A stretch of DNA of 64,000 nt from Verrucomicrobiota bacterium (GTDB taxonomy: Bacteria; Verrucomicrobiota; Verrucomicrobiia; Limisphaerales; UBA9464): positions 17,352-81,351 of the forward strand of contig CANIZL010000008.1 of the NCBI GenBank assembly GCA_947471985.1, in the 5' to 3' direction. This document shows, piece after piece, positions 57,320 through 64,000 of this stretch. Under the pieces are notes generated by a model. It searched no databases. It worked only from the letters and a program-made list of their open reading frames with translations, and was not told the DNA's origin. A program made the position numbers and the translations under genes. How positions within the stretch are numbered: the stretch's first letter is position 1; every line of letters starts with the position of its first letter.

Positions 57320-58624
57320 ATGTCCTCACTCTCGTCCCTCTTCGCCGCGGCTCTGACGGGTGTGCTCGGCGCGTTCGCTACCGGCATCGTCGCGACCGCG
57401 GTGAACGATTGGTTTCACTTCTACAACAGCCGGGGCATCGGCGGTGGATTGACGACCGTGATCATCGCCGCCGGGGGCGGCATCGCGTTCTTTATCCTCG
57501 GCCTCGTGGTCAGCCGCACGCTCACGGGCACGCCTGAAACGGCGTTCTACCGGGCACTGGGAATTTCCTGCGGCACCGTGGTGGCGCTGGCGGCCACCAT
57601 CCTGCTCGGCGGCTGGCTCCGGGCCGATTTCCCGCCGAAGATGAACGGCGAGACCCTCGAACTTGCCGTGGAGTTGCGCGCACCGGCGGGGTTTTCGCTG
57701 CCGGTGCAGACCGACGAAGCTGACTCGTTCGCCGGGGTGCGCGCGGTTGGCGGCCAAATTCGGCTTCACGGGCCGTTGAATGTCAGGCGCGCCATGCGGG
57801 TCGAAGGACGCTGGACCTTCGCGGCCATCGCACCCTTGCTCACCAGCGCGCGAAACAGGGAATTGGTCATCCACATCGGCAAGGTAGCCGACGCCACGTT
57901 TCCGCTGCCGCTCGCCGCCCGCCCGGGGCGCAGCGACACGGAGTGGAGCGCGTGGCTGGTCGCGGACCCGGTCGCGGGTCAGGCCGAATCGGCCCCGGAA
58001 AAGCGCTTCAGCGCGCGCTACCGTGTGAAGAGCGCCGGCCTCACTCAGGAGCAAATGGAAGGCGAGAAAGCGGAGCAAGAGCAGGCCCGGTTCGATGCCC
58101 TCGACGCCAACTCACCGATTGAGGCGTGGCTGAACCACACCGTCCCCGGCACCCCCGAGGCGCGCATCACCGCCGCCATGAACCACATCGTGTCGCGGCC
58201 CACCTATGTCGCCGAACTCGCGCCCGTCATGGTCGGTATCAGCGATGATTTCGCCCTGATGGCCCTCGAAGTTGTGGCGAAGTTGCCACCCCCGCAGCCC
58301 GCTCTCCTGCCCCACGTGGCCGCTGCCGGCCGCGATATCGCGCGTCGGATTCGCGAGGTGAACGCCGGCGCCGTCGGAGACGATCCCCATCCCTCCGGCG
58401 GACACAGCGCGTCCCAGCGCTTCACCGCGTGGATGCTGGCGGCGCGCACGCTGCGCGAAACCGCCGGCGGCGACTTCACGCCCGAGCTGGGCGAAATCCT
58501 CCAGCAATCCCGTGCACGGCCCAAAACCGTTTTGCTGCAGGAAAATGTCCGCGGTGTAGCGAGTCACTATCTGAAACTCTGGTCTCATGTGGAGCCGTTG
58601 CCCGGCGATCCTCCGCCGCGCTGA
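57320..58624 (+). CDS. Hypothetical membrane protein (3 TM plus large soluble region)
   Basis: 434-aa ORF with GC-rich codon usage and three N-terminal hydrophobic helices. No recognised domain. Confidence 0.7.
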   Translation: MSSLSSLFAAALTGVLGAFATGIVATAVNDWFHFYNSRGIGGGLTTVIIAAGGGIAFFILGLVVSRTLTGTPETAFYRALGISCGTVVALAATILLGGWLRADFPPKMNGETLELAVELRAPAGFSLPVQTDEADSFAGVRAVGGQIRLHGPLNVRRAMRVEGRWTFAAIAPLLTSARNRELVIHIGKVADATFPLPLAARPGRSDTEWSAWLVADPVAGQAESAPEKRFSARYRVKSAGLTQEQMEGEKAEQEQARFDALDANSPIEAWLNHTVPGTPEARITAAMNHIVSRPTYVAELAPVMVGISDDFALMALEVVAKLPPPQPALLPHVAAAGRDIARRIREVNAGAVGDDPHPSGGHSASQRFTAWMLAARTLRETAGGDFTPELGEILQQSRARPKTVLLQENVRGVASHYLKLWSHVEPLPGDPPPR

Positions 58625-59011
58625 CGCTTCGCAGCCGATACACCCACACCCAATTTTTCGCCACGCCCGGGATTAACCACCGCCTTTCCTCCCTCCCCAA
58701 TGCCGGGGTCGGCCGGTCCGCAGACTGCACATCGTTCCGTACGAGACGGTTAGCACCTCCTACGTGGAAAAGCGTGTCCCTTTGCCAAATCAAACACACG
58801 AAAGCACCCGGAGATGGCGTCCAAAGTTTCGCCAGGATCAACCGCCGAGCCCGCATCAAATTCGCCGGACGTTATTGTACCCGATTTGGCCCAGTCTTCG
58901 CAATGGCCGTCTGAGGACGTCAACTAAAGTATTCGGAGACACTCCGGCAGTTCCCCTGACGGATTTAAAAGATTTTCCGTGGTAGGAATTTCCTGGCAAT
59001 TGGGCGGGGCA

Positions 59012-59509
59012 CTAATCCGAACCGAGGCGGATTAGCATCACCAGCGCCAGATTGTGAAGCGCATGGGTGCCCGTCGTCATCCAATAGGCCGAACCAAATG
59101 ATTCCTGCCGCCAATGGGTGTAGGTGAAAGCAATATAGAATCCGCTCACGATTCCCGCACAAATTCCGGTATCCACACCGGCCGAAAAATGCAGGGCCGC
59201 AAAGGGTATCCACGCCGCCAGCAGCTGCCCCCGAAAGCCGAGCCCCATCGCCCGCGCCACCATCACTGGAAGGCTTTGCAGCAACAGGGTCTCCAAAAGC
59301 GGGGCAAGGCAGACCAACTGAGTAAACGTCACGCCTTTCAGATCGGTTCGATCAGGAAGCTCAAAAGCCAACCCCAACAAAAGGATGACTCCAAGGCTGA
59401 CGGCGAGTCCTTCGAGAGTAACACGCCACAGAAAATCTCCTTTGGATCGGAGTTGATAGGCCGCAAAATGATCTCGCAATGATTGGGCTATCCTCATGCT
59501 TCGGATCAT
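59012..59509 (-). CDS. CPBP/Abi-like intramembrane protein
   Basis: APLLETLL.Q, FAALH and HALHN motifs (ET in place of the usual EE). Multiple TM segments. Confidence 0.6.
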   Translation of the reverse strand: MIRSMRIAQSLRDHFAAYQLRSKGDFLWRVTLEGLAVSLGVILLLGLAFELPDRTDLKGVTFTQLVCLAPLLETLLLQSLPVMVARAMGLGFRGQLLAAWIPFAALHFSAGVDTGICAGIVSGFYIAFTYTHWRQESFGSAYWMTTGTHALHNLALVMLIRLGSD

Positions 59510-59831
59510 GTTACCGACCGCAGCTCAACCTCCAAGAAAGAATGCCAATCTGGCACCCGTCACTTCCACGTCCGTAAGGCGGCCTTCGTGGTGGTGGAGA
59601 GGCAAGCCACTCCAAGACGGGAGGAAACGACAAGCCAGGGTAAAGGTCGACCGATCCCGGTAGGGGAGCGCGTCGGAGCTCGACTTCCCGGAGGGGATTC
59701 AAGGACTCAAATTATTTATCAAGAAACGACGCGCTTTGGTGAAAGCCGCTCTGCCTGGACTGCGGCGGTGATGGGCGATCCAGAGTTGCCTTCCTGTTAC
59801 CCAGCATTGGCCGGAGTGCTGAAGCGGGAGA

Positions 59832-59936
59832 TTGGTTATACGGGTAGGAGATTGCCTTCTCGCCACTTGGCGGAAATTCAACCGCACCGCGGACGTCATG
59901 GCCCGCTTCGTGATTCAGAACGCACTTTTCATGGGC
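59832..59936 (+). pseudogene. Relic fragment of a MerA/dihydrolipoamide dehydrogenase-like flavoprotein gene
   Basis: VGDC...WRKFNRTADVMARFVIQNALFMG resembles GD....KFTH.AD..ARIVIQNALF.G. Confidence 0.4.
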
Positions 59937-60591
59937 GAACCCAGCGATAAAAACCACTGCCACGATCCGCTGGCACTTCGACAACCGAAAGGTCGCCTTC
60001 CACCCCGGGCGCCGTGTCGACCGGCCGCCAGGGGCCGTCTATAACCTCGCGAACCTGCAGAGAAAATCCGGAGGGCATTGGACTGGAAAAGCGCAGCTGA
60101 TTCTGGGGGCGTCGTTCAAATAAGAAAATCGACTTGAGATCCAGTCCGGTAAACGCCGGCACGATGCTCGTTGGCAATCCGGCAATGCCATTGGCGTCCA
60201 CGACGCCGCCCAAGACCAGCGAGAACGTACTGCTCGCACGAACGGTGGCCCGATCAAAATCCGCGCCCGTATCCTTATCCCACGCTAGAATCGTCACGGC
60301 GGCGGTGGCGCCGCCAGGAAGGCCATTGACGGTCAGCGTCCCTTTCGAGATCAAACCGGCACCGGCACCTCCGATTGATATATGAAACGGCTCCGCCGCT
60401 CCCCCCGACAGCCCGGCTGCCCCCGCGACCAACACTTCCAGCCAGATGTTATCGGCAGCCACCACGTTGATTCCATTGAGTAGCACGCGCGGCTTGGTTC
60501 CGGAGGCCATGTTGATGGAGATCGTTCCCTGGGCCGAAGCGACAAACGCGGTCCAGACAATCCCCATCAGAGTGAATCCGCAGCTTTTCAT
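59929..60591 (-). CDS. Secreted hypothetical protein with a C-terminal GPW...FYR domain
   Basis: Signal peptide ending ASA-QG, a beta-rich core (V.GLPGG...ILAWD..TG), and a C-terminus SGFSLQ...GPWRPV...GFYR. Confidence 0.75.
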   Translation of the reverse strand: MKSCGFTLMGIVWTAFVASAQGTISINMASGTKPRVLLNGINVVAADNIWLEVLVAGAAGLSGGAAEPFHISIGGAGAGLISKGTLTVNGLPGGATAAVTILAWDKDTGADFDRATVRASSTFSLVLGGVVDANGIAGLPTSIVPAFTGLDLKSIFLFERRPQNQLRFSSPMPSGFSLQVREVIDGPWRPVDTAPGVEGDLSVVEVPADRGSGFYRWVRP

Positions 60592-60987
60592 GATCAGGGC
60601 AATGGAATAATTGATGGGAATTGGCCGTCTCGGCGCCCCGCGGAAGGGGAGATCAGCCTTCACGGACGGGTACATTTGAACCCAAATTACGGCGATGGAG
60701 CCAGCGCCGCAAATGCTTCTAGGGACCCGCGGACCAGTGCGTTAGTAGAGCGAGCGCATACGGACGGCAGGCGAGGAGAGAACGCTGTAAAAATTGTTTT
60801 GTGAATGACCTCTGAAATCGGCGCAAATTTGCATTCTAGGCGCCCCCCGGCAGGTGCTGTCCCCATCCATTTCGACCGTCCCGCCCATCCACACCGCGGC
60901 CCGACGCGTCTCCGCCGTGTCGACACCGGCGGCACCGCGATAGATCAATCCCTTCTCGCTACTTTTGTAAGGCTGCCGCCGCCCCCA

Positions 60988-61110
60988 GTACGTCCCCGCA
61001 AAGCGTCGGCCGAACTCCGAGTAGCAGGCCGAATCGAAACGAATCTGATTACCCGGATGGCTCCAGTTCTTCGAACGAACGAACGCCATCAATCTCCCGG
61101 GTAGCAACAG
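60988..61110 (-). pseudogene. Relic C-terminal fragment of a sialate O-acetylesterase (SASA/SGNH) gene
   Basis: LP.R..AFVRS...HPGNQIRFDSACYSEFGRRFA resembles AFVSS....GD.VHFD...YRE.GRRYA, with the catalytic D-x-x-H eroded. Confidence 0.4.
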
Positions 61111-61162
61111 CCCCCGGACGTCCAGAAATTTGCCCATCAAGGCTCCGCTCGAAAAGCGGTCA

Positions 61163-63988
61163 CTATTCCCGGCCGGGGCGACAGCGAAAGAACTCCTGAC
61201 CAGACTTTGCGGTGGTCAATGAGGTTGTCTGGAAAGCCCCGTCGCCCGTAAGTTGTTTTACCATGGACCACGGGCCGGCAATACTCGACGAACTCTCAAA
61301 AAGGTATTTTTGCCCCCGTTTGGAGCGCCAACGGACACTCAATTGCCCGGCCTGCCAACTGGACCGCGTTAGCTTCGGTGCATCATTAGCCGTCCCGAGT
61401 ATCACCTTTACCAAGTAAGGTCGATCGACACCATTAACCCGGTTGAATCTTCCGGCAAGAATGAGGTCACTCTCCATGTCGAATTCGATGCTCTGAACAA
61501 TTCCGTCGGCGTCGAAATCGGGTTTGAAACTTGGATCCACCGAACCATCCGCTTTCAGAACGGCCAGTTTGGTGTGAACTACTTCTCCCGGCGACACCGG
61601 TGGATTCTCACTACCAACCGCCAACGTTCGTCCATCGGGAATGGGAATGAGTTGCGTTAACAACATCCGTTTGGCCAACTCTGCCGCCGAGTCTTTAAAC
61701 TGAAGATCCAGGGTTCCATCGGAAAGAATGCGCTGTATTCTTGAGTTCGTGTAAATGGGGCTTCCAAAAAAGGTTAGCGATCTTGCGGCGGTGATGATAC
61801 CTCCGTCAATTGTTACGCAACTCAATGTCGCAGGGCCAATTACACCTTCCGGGAGTGCTCTCTCGGATTCGATCCGCCCTTCCTGGTCGAATTGGATCAT
61901 TTTGGTTCCCTCATTAATCGAGAGAAGAGTCGCTCCACCGCCAAACCTGGGCAGCATGCTCCAACCAAACCCGCTGCCCTTGGTAATCTTATCCAATATT
62001 GTGTGGAAATTCTTATCCATTACACCGGCAGGTGAGATTCGTGCGTAGGAACTCGTCGTCGTCGCCTCCGTTGCGATCTTTCCCTTCAGCAGCACAGCTC
62101 CATCCGGTTGAAGTCCCACCCAACTGGCAAATTCACTCAAGTAGAGCGACTGTGCTTCGGCGAAGAGCGTCTTGCGGAAAGTGATGTCTTCGCTGCCATT
62201 GGCACCCAACTTTATTAGCGGCACAAAGCGCCGGTTCGCATCAAAAAAAGCACCGCCGGCAAAGGCGCCACCGTCATTGGACCGCAGAAGCTGAAAATTG
62301 TCCGGAAGCCCAATTTGGGCATTGAAACGAAAACGCGCATCGAGTTTCCCTGTATCGTCAAGCAGGAACACCCGGTCGGCAGGTTTTCCGTCAACCAGGC
62401 TGTTCGTGCTGTCGGCGACAACGAGAATTTCGCGGTCTCCCCACGAAATGGCGGATGCTATGCCTTGGTAAAACGGATTGGTATCGGCGAGTCGCGCATT
62501 GAACCGCAGATCGACTTCACCGGCGGTACCCTCGGACAACTTCACCGAAACCTGCGCTGGAGCGCTTCGAATGGAGGCCGTCGCATTGACCAGTTCGACA
62601 GAATATTCACCGGAATCGGCTGCCCCCGCGTCCTTAATACTGAGCGAGTTACTCGGGCCTTCGAGCACCACCACTTCGCCACGTCGCCAAACGAATTTCG
62701 GGGGTGGAGTCGCGTTTCCCAGGCAAACTAATTCGCCCGAACCTCCTTCAGGCAGGGCGAGATCCACCAGTCCCTTCACAATGGCCGGCATGCCGGGCCA
62801 CTCGCCGCCGCGCAGCCGGAATAGTTTCGGACTTCGCATCGCGGGAAGACCAGCGATCTGATTCCCGCCCCCGATCAATACGCGACCCTTGGAATCCACC
62901 CCGCCATTCCTCGATGGTGATGGATCTGTATTTAAGCCGAGTCCGGGGTAGCTTTCCATGAGACGAAGCTCAAAACCCGTATCCTTCTTTCCCGAGAGGG
63001 TCATTCGCGTGAGACGAACGTTCGCAGCCTCCGCGTTATTTTGGCCGCCCGTCGGCAGAAACAGTTCGGCGAGGTAAATCCACCCGCTAGGCGGTCCGCT
63101 CAGAACGGCGCGGCTGTAGCCAGACACGGCGACCGGGGAAAAGCTTGGATCTGGAGCACCCTCGGGGGTGTATCGCAGAATACTGGCTCTATTATCTAAA
63201 ACCGTTCCGAGGGGATTCACCAGTGTCTCGGCCAGAATTGTTTGGTCCGCCTCCACTCGAAGCACCCTTCGATCTCGTCCGCCATTGGCAGGTGTTGCGT
63301 TGGTACGCGGCTGACCGTCACTCCCGAAAAACCGACCCGTTTGGTGGAGAAACCCTCCGTCATCAAAAGGGTAGATAATTCCGCCGCAAAGTGATCCAAC
63401 ACAATTCGGCACCGTAAGATCAACTCGCAGATCGGTGTTGACTCTTTGGTACAACCCGTTGGCCTGAAACCAAATCATCCCGGACGGTGACGCTGTCACC
63501 CAGTCGAAGGGAGCTTCAAATAGATTAACGGGTAGCTCGAAGGACGGATCGACACTGCCATTGGGCAAAAGTCGAACCAAGCCGGCATGCGGTTTGCCGG
63601 CATAATTGGTGAAGCCCCCGGCCACGAGAAACCGTCCGTCGGAGAGACGGTGGACGCTGGCAATCCCACCCTGCACCCGTCCTGGGTTGGCGAAACTTGA
63701 ATCCACTTGTCCAAATTCGTTCAACATCCGCAAGCCTCCGTCAGGGGTGAGCGTGTCACCCCATTCAGTGGTCGCGACCAAAATGCGGTCATCGGGTAAA
63801 ACTAAAGCCGAAGAGACAATTTCCTGGTCGGCAAACTCGGGCGCGAAATCCGGATCCAAATCAATGGGCAGGTCGCCTTTGGCCCAAACTTGCGGGCCAA
63901 ACATCGAGAAAACGCAACCGATAACCCATTGCGCGATTATTTGACCGAATCGGTGGTTTTGGCGTTGGCCCCGCGGTTGATGGGTCAT
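61163..63988 (-). CDS. Secreted delta-60-repeat beta-propeller protein with an Ig-like domain
   Basis: Repeats such as DGRFLVAGGFT...LVRLLPNGSVDPSF, L.DGTLD..F and GRFNRVNGVDRPYLVK. Central Ig module (F.W...D.G.YSV...N). C-terminal Y..ESS....GPW...FFR domain. Visibly more AT-rich than the rest of the window. Confidence 0.85.
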   Translation of the reverse strand: MTHQPRGQRQNHRFGQIIAQWVIGCVFSMFGPQVWAKGDLPIDLDPDFAPEFADQEIVSSALVLPDDRILVATTEWGDTLTPDGGLRMLNEFGQVDSSFANPGRVQGGIASVHRLSDGRFLVAGGFTNYAGKPHAGLVRLLPNGSVDPSFELPVNLFEAPFDWVTASPSGMIWFQANGLYQRVNTDLRVDLTVPNCVGSLCGGIIYPFDDGGFLHQTGRFFGSDGQPRTNATPANGGRDRRVLRVEADQTILAETLVNPLGTVLDNRASILRYTPEGAPDPSFSPVAVSGYSRAVLSGPPSGWIYLAELFLPTGGQNNAEAANVRLTRMTLSGKKDTGFELRLMESYPGLGLNTDPSPSRNGGVDSKGRVLIGGGNQIAGLPAMRSPKLFRLRGGEWPGMPAIVKGLVDLALPEGGSGELVCLGNATPPPKFVWRRGEVVVLEGPSNSLSIKDAGAADSGEYSVELVNATASIRSAPAQVSVKLSEGTAGEVDLRFNARLADTNPFYQGIASAISWGDREILVVADSTNSLVDGKPADRVFLLDDTGKLDARFRFNAQIGLPDNFQLLRSNDGGAFAGGAFFDANRRFVPLIKLGANGSEDITFRKTLFAEAQSLYLSEFASWVGLQPDGAVLLKGKIATEATTTSSYARISPAGVMDKNFHTILDKITKGSGFGWSMLPRFGGGATLLSINEGTKMIQFDQEGRIESERALPEGVIGPATLSCVTIDGGIITAARSLTFFGSPIYTNSRIQRILSDGTLDLQFKDSAAELAKRMLLTQLIPIPDGRTLAVGSENPPVSPGEVVHTKLAVLKADGSVDPSFKPDFDADGIVQSIEFDMESDLILAGRFNRVNGVDRPYLVKVILGTANDAPKLTRSSWQAGQLSVRWRSKRGQKYLFESSSSIAGPWSMVKQLTGDGAFQTTSLTTAKSGQEFFRCRPGRE

Positions 63989-64000
63989 AAGGCGTCGAAT

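Noticed and set aside
58671-58756. Possible attC site (GATTAAC...GTTAGC) among the orphan genes
   Set aside because: It does not match RYYYAAC, has no convincing internal palindrome and is not repeated. No integrase is present.

Overview
This is a GC-rich bacterial window, most likely from a PVC-superphylum genome. Verrucomicrobiota is inferred from the PEP-CTERM, PSD1/DUF1501, delta-60-repeat and DUF4032-like genes. The standout locus is a co-oriented cluster of about 16.4 kb (915-17268) with three parts. The first is a Trp/Tyr-type ABC importer whose binding protein has three tandem substrate-binding domains. The second is a complete Wsp-like chemosensory cassette (MCP, CheW, CheR-TPR, CheW, CheA-REC, CheB). 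The third is a partner-switching module of two STAS proteins, an RsbW-like kinase, and an output protein in which a WspR-type receiver and stalk are fused to a PP2C phosphatase instead of a GGDEF domain. The MCP has a frameshift near its 3' end. The middle of the window (17.3-48.3 kb) is mostly housekeeping and metabolic: GDPD, typA, UxaA-like hydrolase, PSD1/DUF1501, hom, FdhF/YdeP, nadE, hisD, gatB and glpFK. It also holds an MFS, a PQQ dehydrogenase and a cupredoxin whose axial Met appears replaced by His. From 48.5 kb the window is accessory. It contains a RAYT-type HUH transposase flanked by inverted arrays of short repeats, a truncated DUF6788-led IS with an in-phase A_AAA_AAG slippery site, and a CotH/EF-hand/two-component module. 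It also contains a decayed IS91/ISCR-like element, orphan membrane genes, gene relics and two secreted proteins with a similar C-terminal domain. I found no tRNA, rRNA or CRISPR array. All calls are from motif recognition by eye; no database searches were run.
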